Of a stretch of DNA of 64,000 nt, positions 28,801 through 62,684 are shown piece by piece (the stretch's first letter is position 1; every line of letters begins with the position of its first letter). The stretch spans positions 7,975,909 to 8,039,908 of the forward strand of contig CM074804.1 of NCBI GenBank assembly GCA_037447605.1, written 5' to 3'. Made by a program: the position numbers and the translations under genes. The stretch is from Zygnema circumcarinatum SAG 698-1b. Its lineage: Eukaryota > Plantae > Zygnematophyceae. The notes under the pieces were generated by a model. It saw only the letters and a program-made list of their open reading frames with translations, searched no databases and was not told where the DNA came from.

Positions 28801-31160
28801 AGACTGAGACAGACAGGCGGCTACTTTTAGCAGTACTATAATGATCTACTCCGTCAGTGTGGTGGCGCCAGGGTTGCAATGCCACTAATTGGAGGCTTAA
28901 GGCTGTCAATTCAATATCTGGTTGTGTTCGTTGATATACTAGTTGTGTGAGGCAGGAATGTGCTTCTATTTTCGTCGTGGGGTCCAGCGCAAACATGCTT
29001 TCGTCAGATCAGTTTATATTATTTGTCTGTATCTTTAGTTTTCTCATCGAATGCAGTTGTCGACTTTCTTGCTCGCAGGTCAGGAAGAGCTTGACGACTT
29101 CTGGATGAGCGTGGACTTTGAAAATGACGCGCGGGAGATAGAAGCTGCAATGCAGTCAATTCTCATGGATGGCATTGCAGGCAAGAACCGCAGAATCTGC
29201 ACGTTGTATAGAGTCGATAAATGGATGGCATAAAGTTATAGGTCTCCCTCTTCTTTATTGCTGATGCATGTTTGTTGACTCGGATAACTTTTTGTAAGAT
29301 ACTTGGAAAGACTTTACTTTGACCGCCACTTTTATCATACTTTGTTTGTCGGTTTGAACGTTTTGAGATATCTATTCATTTCATGGCATTTTGTTCATGT
29401 TATGACTAGAGAACCACTTAGACTGCAATGCAAGATTGTTTGTGGCTACTATAGAGGTTGAACTTGGTCACAGACACTTGGTTGAAACAGTTGAGTCACG
29501 ATTCTTCTCTGGTGGTTTTCTCAGCGTGCACTGCACATTTTCCACTTACAATATGAAAAGTTAGTCAGTCACTTGTTTAAGTCAGCATGTTTTTTTTTCT
29601 GAACAGCCTTCAAGTCATATTTCAGGCCACTCGTTCCATCAGATGGGCTTTTACTGCGTATCTCTTGTGTTTCCTGAAAATTGTGACTCGGAAGTTCTGA
29701 CGGCTGTCTGTGTTTTGCAGGTGCATTGCAAGCGAGAGGGAGAAGGCGGCAGCATATGTGGTTGTCTGAGGATGAGGACAGGTGGACCTATGAGGAGCTG
29801 TTGGAGCTTGACGCCGACAATGTTCGCAGGTAACAACCTATGTGCATGTTGTGACCTGAAAAAAACGGTGGTCTTTTTGGACCGGGGAAGGATGCGATCG
29901 CAAATGTTTTGTTGATCTGTGATATCGAGTATGCGTTTTGCTGCTCGTGCCATACGTGAGAAATTGTGTTCTGGACTCAAGATCCATTCTCGAATTTCAT
30001 GACTTGGATGTTTGGCTCATGATTGGGAGTATGCTGTGATCAAGTAGTTGGGATATCCATGGGTTTATCTAAGCAAAGTAGCAGACACCAGAGTTGAAGG
30101 AACAGAAAACATGTGCTGGTCAGCGTAGAGGACCTTTTCAAGTCAGATTAGTTTGTGCCTTCGTTGTGTCTGTCAGGTATCTCTTGGAATCCATCCTTAG
30201 CTGTAACAAGCTTGATGCTTTAGGATCGGATTGTGCAACCAGTTGACTTACCTTTTTGGGACATGGCTTACCAGGGGATTGAAGCAGAAAGAGTTTAATA
30301 AGCTGGAACGCAGTCAGCAGCGCAGTTCGGATCCCAAACTGGATTGTCAGGTGTGGTCTCAGCGTTCATAATTGTGCACTGCTTCATAGCAGCTATGTTC
30401 GTTGCTGCGATGGAGAATGTCAAGGTTGAGGTATGCGTTGCGTCTGATACATGTTTTTTTGGTGAAAATGCAGATATGTATGTCAGAAACATGCCCAGGA
30501 GATGATATCACAAAGCTCCCCTGCAGCCATGCCTACCAGTAAGTATCATTCATTATATGAACTCGCAACTGGATAGTTTTTGTTCTTGAGTGGATCGAGC
30601 CCATCACATGTTGAGGATGAGCCAAGGTGGTTGTATTTGAAAGTAAGATTGTTAATCGCCAGTCGTGGTCTCAATACATTTTGCAAGCAGCGGATTGTTT
30701 ATGTAGTGAACGGCAGCTGACCTGGACCTCAGTAATTGAGACTTTCCTGCTTTGGAATCAGTTTTGTAATCAGGTGAATCAGGTCTGTGCTCTTGTTTCC
30801 ATGGAGTCTAGCCTAGTCATTCACGGCCAATTGCAGTGTCTTCTTTATGCCCTTATCTCAATTCGAAAGCCTTTCACTGAAGAATGCATCGTATGGTGAT
30901 GCAAGAAGGGATGCTGTTTTGAACCCACCAGACATTGAAAAGTTGATTAGTTCTGGGTAGGTGGAGTTTGGAGCTTGTTCGTTGATAAACAAGAGTAGAG
31001 CATGGCTGTTATGCCCTTGATTCTCAGCGGTGAATGCTAATAGCTTCTTTGTTGGGGTGTGGGCCATGTTATGGGCTTACTTTGCAGCGAAATGTGCATA
31101 ACTCCATGGCTTCGCTCCCACCGCACATGCCCTGTTTGCCGCTATGAGTTTCCAGGATAA
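25819..31160 (+). CDS. RING-H2 E3 ubiquitin ligase (C-terminal RING preceded by a TYEELLEL motif)
   Basis: Model: ATGTCATCTG (25819-25828) spliced to 26926 and onward through further exons. C-terminus WTYEELLELDADNVRRGLKQKEFNKL...DCQICMSETCPGDDITKLPCSHAYHEMCITPWLRSHRTCPVCRYEFPG* is C3H2C3. One GC donor at 29181. The 5' exon assignment is less certain than the RING. Confidence 0.85.
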
Positions 31161-32781
31161 TGCGACTTCTTTGGAGTACCCATGAAGGGACAGGACATGC
31201 CTTCTGTGAATAAACTTTTTAGGATAGAGTTCACTATTGGCGAGGGAGAAGTTCGCATTGCGATTCCTTCCGTTTGTATACATAGACGAAATCGGGTGAG
31301 TAGTAAGGAGGGCTTCGTTTAGACTTGGAATGATCCTCAAAGAGTCAAACATCACTCATCATTGACTGTTTGAAGCGAGTTGATCCACCTGGAGGTCAGC
31401 CATTGAGCCACACTGGATTGATAGGAGAGAAGCCAATTGCATATAGAGAACTAGGGAGGAGATATCCGGGGGCGACAAGGGAGAGATTAAGTCGAGGGAA
31501 CAGCTTGGAGTCTGGACGCCTTCTATAGTGGGTTGTTCTAGAGTCTCTGATATAGAGACCTGACTAATGCAGGGACGGCAGTAGAGAGGGGCGTTCATTG
31601 TTCAGCTTAGGAGTGGGACAAACTCAAAAAGTGCCCAGATGTTGAGTGAAAGCCCCAATGGCCTTCTGGTCTCAGTTAGGTTTTGTCTTGTAAGTGAAGT
31701 AAGGGCTACTCAGCCCGTAAGGAAAGCATTTGGAAGACGTCATTTAAGCATGGCTATGTTTTACGTGAAGAACTACCAGTGCTAGTCTGGGGAGCAAATC
31801 CTGAAAGTCTGCAAGATGATCGGTGGAGGTATTCCTAAATCTGGTTATGGACCGGCAGGTTCACCCGATCAATGGCACTCCGTGACTTCATCGAAGGAGC
31901 GTATTTTTAACTCTGACACTAAGCTAGTTTGGAATTTCGTGTAGTCAATAGTGAGCCCCTGCACTGAGGTCTCATCCCTTTTTAAAGAAAGCCCTTCTAC
32001 GGCCAAGTGCTCCGCATGTCGGTGGGAGTGATGTAGAGGTCATGGAATGTGTATGCTCGCTGGATGGGGCTCATCACCACCAATACATGACGCATGGTGC
32101 ACAGCATCTCATGATTCGATCAACACATGTTCCAAGCCGAATAGTTTCTTGGCAGATTTTAATATTGGTCGACAACTGCAAGTAGACAAACGCAGAAAAA
32201 CATTTGCCTTCCACTCTGTAAGCTTGGAGAATGCTCTCGCGGCCAACTGCGATTCCCTTACACGAAACAGGAGCGCTTGGGCTGCGGCCCATTGCCCCCA
32301 CAGAGCACACCCATCAGGCATGCCCCCACGGCCCCCATGGCCCCGATGCGAATGCCCAATGACATGGTTCATGGATGGCATTAGATGCACGCATCATCAT
32401 CATCATCACATCATGCATGCAATCCAGGCATGCGTTACATGAATGCATGCATGCGTGCATGCGCATAAGGCCATGGGCCACATCCGAATTCCATGCCATG
32501 CCATGCCATGGCCATGGCCATGGGCGGCCTCCGAGGCGCCTCCCCGCCTTGAACCCTCCGTGGGGCCTGCAGAGGGAGGTCAGGACCTCCCGAACCTGAG
32601 CCTCGGGTCCGAGCCTCAGGCTCGGATACCGGAGGCGCCATTGCCGAGCTCGGATGAGGAGGGCGTGGCAGGCGGAGAGCCATGGTCGGGGGGAACCGGC
32701 TGCTGCTGCCGCTGAAGTAGGGGAGAAGGTGGGGAGGGAGCCTCTGGCTGCTGCGGCCATGGCTGCTGTCGTCGTTTCTGG

Positions 32782-44112
<11,331 letters not shown>

Positions 44113-44498
44113 GCCCCCAATAAAGATGGTGATCGCGGCATGAGATGACACGTCGTCCGACAAGGGAAGGACAAGCAGCTGGGAGACAGTCAATTGTATG
44201 ACAAAAGTAGTGTTGGAGGTTAATAAATTGGGTAATTTGAGGTTTTACGGCAGGCTAGGCGATTCCATGTTCACAATTTTGTGTCTCCCTCTTTCTTTTT
44301 TTTAATGTAAGTTTGGTGGAATGCGCCTGTTCTTTGAGGACTTCTGGGTTTGGGGTTTTGCTCCTTGCTGGCCTCCGCCCAATCCAGGGACTCCATGGTC
44401 GTTGCTTGATCGTTGCTTTCTCTAACTCTCTCTCTCTCTCTCTCTCCCCCTCTCTCTCTCTCTATAAGGGCCATGCGGACTTGACGTCATCCCCACCT

Positions 44499-44533
<35 letters not shown>

Positions 44534-45032
44534 CTGCCCCCACTCTCTCTCTCTCCCTCTTCCAAAAACTTTCTCCTTCTACCCTTGATTTAGATGCTGC
44601 AGTTTGCTCCCTTCGATGTGTTCCATCATCCCCTATACAAGCAGAAATAGTAGATCTGCCAAACGCTCAATTGGACAGGGGTCCCATTACTTTAACAAAC
44701 ACTTTCAAAATGAAAGAAATATTTACCGTCTTTGGCATCCCCTTCAGGACTTGCATCGACCCCCCTCGACCAAGCCCAAGTTCACTCAAACAGTGGACTC
44801 CGTGAATTTATTTAAGGTTTTCAGGCCCACCCTGAATTTGGGTGGCTCAACTTTGTAAATAATAACAATTGTAGCCTCTCAGGGAGCGCCGCGTGGCAGC
44901 TCCATACTTTGCCAATTGGCTCGTCTCACGCCCTCTCGCTTCCTCTCCGTCTCCTCCCTCCCACTCCCTCTTCCTCCTCTCTCGCCTTCTCTCTGTCCGC
45001 GCTTCAGCCCTGCCCTCCCCTTTCCTGCCGCC

Positions 45033-45797
45033 ATGGCTCCCACCGCCATTGCTCGTTCTCTCCCTCCTCTCTCCTTTCCCGCTGCGCGCCTCTCTCGAGC
45101 TGTTTTCGCACGCGCGAGCTTCCCGGCGGGAAGCTCTCCCCAATCTGCCCGCCATCCTCCCCTCCTCCGTAGTCGCCCGTCCGTGTTCCGCCCTCCTTAC
45201 CCCGCACCTCCACTCCCCTCCATCCTCAACCCTAGAACACACTTCTCGTCATCTCCCTTCTCCCTCGCTCCCGTTAACCCTCCTCTCCCTCCCTCGTCCC
45301 TGCCTTCCTCCTCTCCTTCAGTTGCAGTAATGGAGGAACCTTCTGCAGAGCAGCATCCATGGGAGGTAAAGATGCTTTATGATGGAGACTGCCCTCTCTG
45401 CATGCGAGAAGTCAACATGCTTCGCTCCCGCAATGAGAGCCATGGCCGCCGAATCCTCTTTGTCGACATCGCAGCTCCAGAATACACTGCAGAGGAGAAT
45501 TGCGGAATCTCCTTTGAAGAAGCCATGGGGCGTATCCATGCCATAGAGAGGGACGGAAGCATTCTCACTGACATTGCGGCGTTTCGACGGTTTTATGAAG
45601 CTGTGGATCTTGGGTGGGTGTATGCGATTACGACAGTGAAGGGGGTGGGGGCAATTGCAGATGCAATTTACGGGTTTTGGGCGAAATATCGGCTGCCCAT
45701 TACAGGGAGGCCGGGACTGGAGGTGGTGTTGGAGGAGCGGAGGAGGAGGAGAGAGGAGGCGGAGTGTAGTTCAGGGGATCGATGCCGCATGGATTGA
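45033..45797 (+). CDS. DCC1: DCC-family (DUF393) thiol-disulfide oxidoreductase with an organelle transit peptide; intronless
   Basis: gccATGG start, Ser/Pro/Arg-rich transit peptide, then KMLYDGDCPLCMREV, LFVDI, MGRIHAIERDG, FRRFYEAVDLGWVY, WAKYRLPITGRP. Confidence 0.9.
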   Translation: MAPTAIARSLPPLSFPAARLSRAVFARASFPAGSSPQSARHPPLLRSRPSVFRPPYPAPPLPSILNPRTHFSSSPFSLAPVNPPLPPSSLPSSSPSVAVMEEPSAEQHPWEVKMLYDGDCPLCMREVNMLRSRNESHGRRILFVDIAAPEYTAEENCGISFEEAMGRIHAIERDGSILTDIAAFRRFYEAVDLGWVYAITTVKGVGAIADAIYGFWAKYRLPITGRPGLEVVLEERRRRREEAECSSGDRCRMD

Positions 45798-47058
45798 GTT
45801 CTACAAGCAGACCTAATTCTTTCGAGGGTAGTCCTGGGAGCATATTGCGCCTCAATTTCCCTCTCCTCCTCTCCCTCCTTTCTCCTTGCCCTTCTTCACT
45901 CTCTCCCCTCTCTCTCGATCTCTCTTTCTTGCGGGCAGAAGCAGTCGGTATTCTGCCCAGACATTCTGACCCTGTAAAACCGATATCCTGTGTTCGCCAT
46001 TTCACACCTCCCTCCATCCCTCCCTCTCGACCTCTGTCTCTTTCTCGCATTCTTCACTTGTGGTCTTTATTGATGCATCTTTAGACTTCGCAGGAATAAA
46101 TGTTCTAAAGGAGATGCGACGCTTTGTCCAGAAGCTCCCGTATTATCCACATGGATATAGCATTGTAATATTTTTTGCCTTGTAATTAATTGTAAATTGA
46201 AGGGACTCATTCCTGATGCTTGTCTGCTACTAGTGTGGGATCTTTTTTCCCTCCGATGCCTCTTGTGGCACTTAACATTGTGCTCTTGTCTCCAATATTG
46301 CTGCTTCATAATGGGAAGCGATTGTGGCTTTGTAAAGGCGTTAAGCTTTGAGAAGCTTGTCTATTCTCGTGAAGGATTGACTATGATAGATCCCCGTGTG
46401 TACCTGAATGTTATCATATACATGTCTCGACATTCACTTGCAATACACACAATGTGTAACACCAAACCTTACCATACATGCCATGCCATGCCATCATGCC
46501 AGAACCAGCACACAAGAAAGCAAATCTGCAGGAAGCTTTTCAGAAGCATCGGGAGCACTCGAGGGGCAACGTGAAATGTGATCTCGTTACTTTCTTCGGT
46601 TGGCCCACACAGCAGCGTAAGAGGTGCCCCAATTCTGCCGCTCTGTGCTGCCTCCGGAATGCGCCCAAAAATGGAAGGCTATCTCCGCAGCCTCGCTGCC
46701 GCAAGGGAGATCGGCCGCCGCCTCAAAGGAATATTTACAATAATGCTACCACACACCACCAATTGACCCCCTTCTAAATTCCCTGACCCCTCTGTAAGAC
46801 TGCATTATGTTGCGAGACAGTGACATGACATGACATGAAAGAAACCCTAAAACAATAGCCGTTACCGTTGATGGAATGGAATTAGATAACGCTCTCACAG
46901 CTAGTGTACCCGTGAGAGAGAGGGGGGGGAGGGAGAAAGAGAGAGTGAGAGAGAGAGAAAGCGAGAGTGACAGAGAGAATGAGAGAAAGAGAGTGAGAGG
47001 GAGAGAGAGTGAGAAAGAGATCTACCCACCATGGACTACTGCTGCATTGAGCCCTACC

Positions 47059-51785
<4,727 letters not shown>

Positions 51786-53237
51786 TCCCCAACCCTAAAT
51801 CCTCCTATGCGCGATGTCTGCACGCGGAGGCAGCACACGCTGCCACGTGGAATCTGACAGGGTGCTGCGGAGAGAGGCGGAGCGGGAGAAGGGGGGGAGA
51901 GGGAGAGATAGAGGGAGAGAGTCGGCAGGGAGAGAGAGGAAGAGGGGGATAGACAGGAGTGAAACAGGGATGCCGTCAAAGCGAGAGGAGGAACGAAAGG
52001 TACGGGAAATGGGGGTAGAGAGTTGTAAGAGAAAAGGTAGAAAGAAGGGGACGTCGGTAGAGGGAGACAGAGGGAGAGGGGAGAGGACGAGATAAAAGAG
52101 GGAAGCAGAGAGAGAGAGAAAAGAGAGAGAGCGAGAGAGAGAGACAGTTGGTTTTCCCTTCCCTCTTCCAAGCGGGAGGTCCCCTTGCCGGCCGTCACCG
52201 GCCGTCTCTGCCGACTGGCAGACGGCCGGCAACCGGCCGGCAAGTCCCTCCCGGATCGGAGCCCACGTCCGCAAAGCTCGCAAGGGCGCCCTCGGGCGGG
52301 CGCAGGACGGTGTACCGCGTAGTACACCAATCAGCCGTACGGGTATTTACGCCGGCGGACGGCTGCGCATTAAGTTTGCGGATCTCGGTACAGATTTGAC
52401 GGACGCCGCGGACAGTCGTACGGACGGCGCGGCACGTGGTCCGCTGGCCGCGGCTGGCGCCATGAATGCGCGCCAGCTCGAGGGTTCCATGCGGGGGAAT
52501 GTTGGGAAATTCGTTGAACGGGACGATGGGGGCAATTTAGGATGCATGGGAAGGGGGTGGGAAGGGGGGGGGAGCTGACGACACATGCGCAGCAGTTGAA
52601 GTGTGAAACTGAGGAACTGTCGATCTGTGAGATTTTGGGCATGTGTCCTGTGAAGCGTGTGGCGGAGTTGGGGTGTTGTTGTTGGGAGAGCATGTTTGGG
52701 TTTCATGGGCTGGCACGAATAGTGTTTGGGATTGTTCATGGAGTTGTGTGGAATGTTCATCATGCAAACAGAGCTTCAATCTTTCAAAATGGGCATTGAC
52801 CAGGAAGAAAAAGTAACGTCTAAAGACTTAGCCTTACACTCGACCCAGCTCTGCCCTCGCAGCAGCACCCAAGTTACATCCAAGCGACCCGCTTTTTTTT
52901 TCTATATACCCAGTACAAAAGCTTCTTGGTGCTCAAACTCAAAATTCAGCCCAGTGCTCTCATAAGGGCGGATCATTCAGCTCATAGAGCTGATGGCCCA
53001 TGTCCCCGTCTTCAACATCGCCTCCATATGTGGCAGCATTCCAAGGGGCTGATGTTCCAGCATGGAAGTTTACCCACATGACCATCATCCCTCTTTCATC
53101 GATCGTCTTCCAAACAAGACGAGCGATGCCACAGGAGGGTTACTCCAGAAAGCAAAAAAAAAAAGAAAAAAAAAGAAAGGGACCCTTTACATGTAGTGCC
53201 TATTTGGAAAAGTTTCCCAATACTCTCCATGGCTGCA

Positions 53238-54906
53238 TCAGGATGCCTGCTCACCCTCATAAAGATACAACCCGATGCCAAATCGGGCGCATGCCCTTCG
53301 AAAAGCCATGGACTCGGCTATCTGCACGGGGTCCCCGGCTTCCTTGTTGCTCAATGGCGCTGTCCCTGACGATTCTCTGAACGTCTGCATCACAGCAAAC
53401 AGCAGGTTTCCTCCTCCTTTCCTCACTGGCAAACCACTACTGCCTTGAAGCAATGCAGCAGCAGAACTGGCAAACATAATGAGGATAGGAGGCAGAGGAA
53501 GGCGCGCAGGCCTGGGAACTCACAGCCCCATCTGCTGAGTGAATCGTTACACGGTATACGACAGTCACTGTTCCATTGTCAGGGGCATACAGAATACTGC
53601 GGATCTCTCCCTCCCATCCTGGAAACCCCCCAGCGATTGAACCATGTCAGGGAGGGCAACAGTTCCAGGAAAGCAGCTTTCCCCAAGTTATGTACATTTC
53701 CCTTTGAGCAACTGCAAGGAATCAACAAGTGAGCTTAAACGTTTTCATCTAGTATTCGGCTCAAAATCATGAGCAAATAGTTAAGACAAAAATTTGAATG
53801 CTGTATAGCCCATCTTCCTTCCTGAGAATATCTGGCCTCTCTACCTGGAGCATAATTCGTGAGCACCCGATTTACATAGTACCTGGATGCCCATTTCCCA
53901 TAGAAAAAAGCTCAATAAACCACCTCCAGACGAAGCTACAACTACTATAACTCTGTATTCTCACATCTAAAGACAAACCACTGCGTCACTTGCAATGGAG
54001 AACAAAATCAAACCGAAGGGTTGCTTGCTTTAGTCCTTCATGATCTCTACTCAACAAAGCTCCAAGACACTAAAAACGTATAGTCGGAGCGACCCAATTT
54101 ACAGGGGGCGTGATTTTCTCCAGAATTACTTGGCTGCGAGTTTTCAATTCATTAGCAGTTTCGGAGCCAACGACGAAAAGGAACCGAAAGGTGAAGAAAC
54201 TCGATTTTTTATTCACAGAGCAGATGTAGACGGGGCCGCACTTACCAGGGAAGGTAATTGAGGGCTGTACCATCTTTAAAAATCTTCTTCACTGCCCTCG
54301 TAGGAGCAGGAGTGTGAAGATCACGAAGTATATCCTCCAGTGGCCTCAAACCCGCTTGAGAACTCCCCGATCGCTTGACCGAGTCAGAGCGAGCAGCCAC
54401 TCCGACATCAGAAGCCTTTGTGCTCCTAACCCTAACTCCCCTCCCGTTCTTGCATCTCAAGGAAGCGAGCCGGGCCCCTCCCCCTCCCAGCCACCCTGCT
54501 TGCAGCAACCCTAAACATGGCTTCTCAAGCAAGCAACATGCGCCAGGCTGCAGCGACCTTGCTGCCACACTGCAGGACCATACACAAGCCACTGATGGCT
54601 AGTAAGCTGAAGCCTCCTCATGCTTGCTTCGATGCTCGAGATATGCAGCATTTTGAGAAGCGACAGACAGACTTCGTTTCTGCTCCTGCTTGCAAAAAAG
54701 TACGCAGCAAGAGACGAGCAGGCCACCAGTCGCGCGCTGACAGCAGGAGAAAGATGAACCGAAAACGTCAGAATCCATGGCTGCCGCTCTCGGCAGGCGA
54801 AGCTAGACCACTTACCAGAGGTGGAGGACTGCTGCCATGGTAAAGTGGTGAGAAGAGGCGCCTCGCGTGCAGTTGCTGAACGAGCCGACCGCCCGCGGGA
54901 CTGCAT
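53238..54906 (-). CDS. RAD52: Plant organellar RAD52-like ssDNA-annealing protein (ODB / RAD52-1/2 type)
   Basis: Spliced LRPLEDILRDLHTPAP...LNYLPWYYVNRVLTNYAPGWEGEIRSILYAPDNGTVTVVYRVTIHSADGA...FRESSGTA...GDPVQIAESMAFRRACARFGIGLYLY. N-terminal transit-peptide-like region; the start exon (ATG 54906) is tentative. Confidence 0.88.
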
Positions 54907-55209
54907 AGAAAGATGACCGTTTCTTCAACTTCCAAACATTTTTTACGGGATTTTTTTTTGGTTTTGATTAGTCTAATCCCTTGCTATTTGTTCTTCTCCT
55001 TGCTATCGTCGCTCCATCCCATCGTCGCTTATGAAATGCAAACGTTTTGTTCCAGTATTTGATGCATGCCCGTCCCACTATGCAACTATGCTGCAAATGC
55101 ACGTTTTCATTGGCATTTGAAATGTTGCAAGAGGTGCTGAATTACGTACTCTATCTGTCCTCTGTTCAGTGCGCCCGCCCGCCGCTGCAACTGTGATGGC
55201 CCACTCTGG

Positions 55210-55390
55210 TTCTCTATCTCTCTGGTCTCTCTCTCTCTCTCTCTCTCGATGTTCTCTCTCTCTCTGGTCTCTCTCCCTCTCTCTTTCTCTCTCTCTCTCT
55301 CTCGATATTCTCTCTCTCTCTGGTCTCTCTCCCTCTCTCTTTCTCTCTCTCTCTCTCTTCTCTCTTGGTCTCTTCTCTCTCTCTCACTCC
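55210..55390. repeat. Compound CT microsatellite with a 56-bp higher-order duplication
   Basis: The unit GAT(G/A)TTCTCTCTCTCTCTGGTCTCTCTCCCTC... starts at 55248 and 55304. Confidence 0.8.
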
Positions 55391-56406
55391 ACTCTTATGG
55401 CGGTACCGATTTATTAGGGACCGTGTGCTGCGTATGCCGTCTCGACCTGCGCGAGCAAATGCTACCGCATGGCCGGAAATTAATCGCGGTTGCTTGCATC
55501 TAGCTGGTCATAGAAATTCCAAAATGTGATCATTTAATCTCGTGCAGAATTTGGAATTCGCAAATTTCTTGGAAGTGTTGGACGGCCTTCAAGAGCTGCT
55601 GGAGGATGCAAGGGCAAACTGTGACATGTGGCACAATTTGATTGGCTATTGGGCCTTTGACCAATCACGTCGCGACACATCACCCCCCCTGTGCATGCAC
55701 AGTCAGCAGCCATCCGCTTGCAACTGTCCACGTAGTGAGTCACCATTGGAGGGGGTCGCCTCTGAGATGAGTTTTTAGTCGCACGAGAAAAGCTAAATAC
55801 ACAGCTAAAACGGGTGGCGGGTGCCTCTAGAGCCGTGTTACTGTTGTTGTTTTTGTTTGTTGTTGCTGTTGTTGTTGTTGTTGTTGTTGGGCCTAAAACC
55901 ATGGTTGCGCACATGGTTTTGTTCTAATGTTCCAAGGTTACTTGTGGCCAATTTGCATGGTTCTACATGTTGTTGTTGTTGGTTTTTAGTTCCATGTTCA
56001 TTTCATAGCACCGATGCCATCATGAGACCAATGCCAAACGAGAGAAAAATGGCATTGATCTCACGATGGCGAGGCCATCAAACGTACATGGACAAAAGCA
56101 GCATGGGGAACCACGAGGGACTGGTCGCAAAGGACCTAAGCACAAACCCTTCCCTTTTGGCAAATGCAGGAATAGTCCAAACTTCAACATCTCCAACTTT
56201 TAGAAATGAACAAAAGCCAGCACATACAAGCCACCATGTGCATGCATAACAATGCCTCCGCAATCCGCATGCGCATGTTTGCATTGAACAACCCTCGAAA
56301 CCCCACACCACCATGGCCCCAAGACGCCCATGCATGTATGCATGCATATAGCATGATGGGGGCATGCACGGCATTTGGGGGCTGACCATTCCCAAAGGAT
56401 ATTTGA

Positions 56407-62020
<5,614 letters not shown>

Positions 62021-62684
62021 GGGTGAAGGGGTTTTGGTTACTTCTCTCCCTCTTGCTCTTTCTACCTTTCTCTCGCTCTTTCTCCCTCGCTCTCCCACTC
62101 TCTCTCTCTCTCTCTCACACCACACACATACACACAAAACGAGTTTGTAGGATGATGCGTGTATCATGGTCTCCTTCGCTGTAGAATAATGGTGGACGTC
62201 CTTCCCATAGGTCGTAAGTTAAAGCAACTCAAGGGAGTGCTGAGGAAGGTATATTGTTCCTCTGTTCATTCTCTTAAGCTGTTAGTCTCAAAAGAAGGGT
62301 GTCCAACCCACAATGTACGAGGGCGATTTCCATCTTGCAAGGTAATGATCGAAAGGAGGAGAGCCCTTCTTGGTGCTCAAGCTGATTATATTACTTTTCT
62401 TTGTTCATGTTGGGTTGATCGGCCGTCATCCTTGCGAGGAAAGCCCTAAATGATTACCATTTTCACCATGGTGTGCTCGATGATGTCCCATGAGTTGTCC
62501 CATGTTCACCATGATGTCCCATCTTTAGAACGGGACCGAATCTGCTCCTGTTGGAGCTTTTAAGATCCATTGAGTCAAGGGGCCAAAGATATGGCCACAA
62601 GCGCCGAGGACCTGAAAGAGTAGCCTATACAACTTCCTGAATCACACCATAGTTTACGGCACAGCAGCTGCATATTCCGCCAGT

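Noticed and set aside
56053-56061. 9-nt match (GCATTGATC) to the 3' end of miR393
   Set aside because: The rest of the miR393 sequence is absent, so the match is chance.
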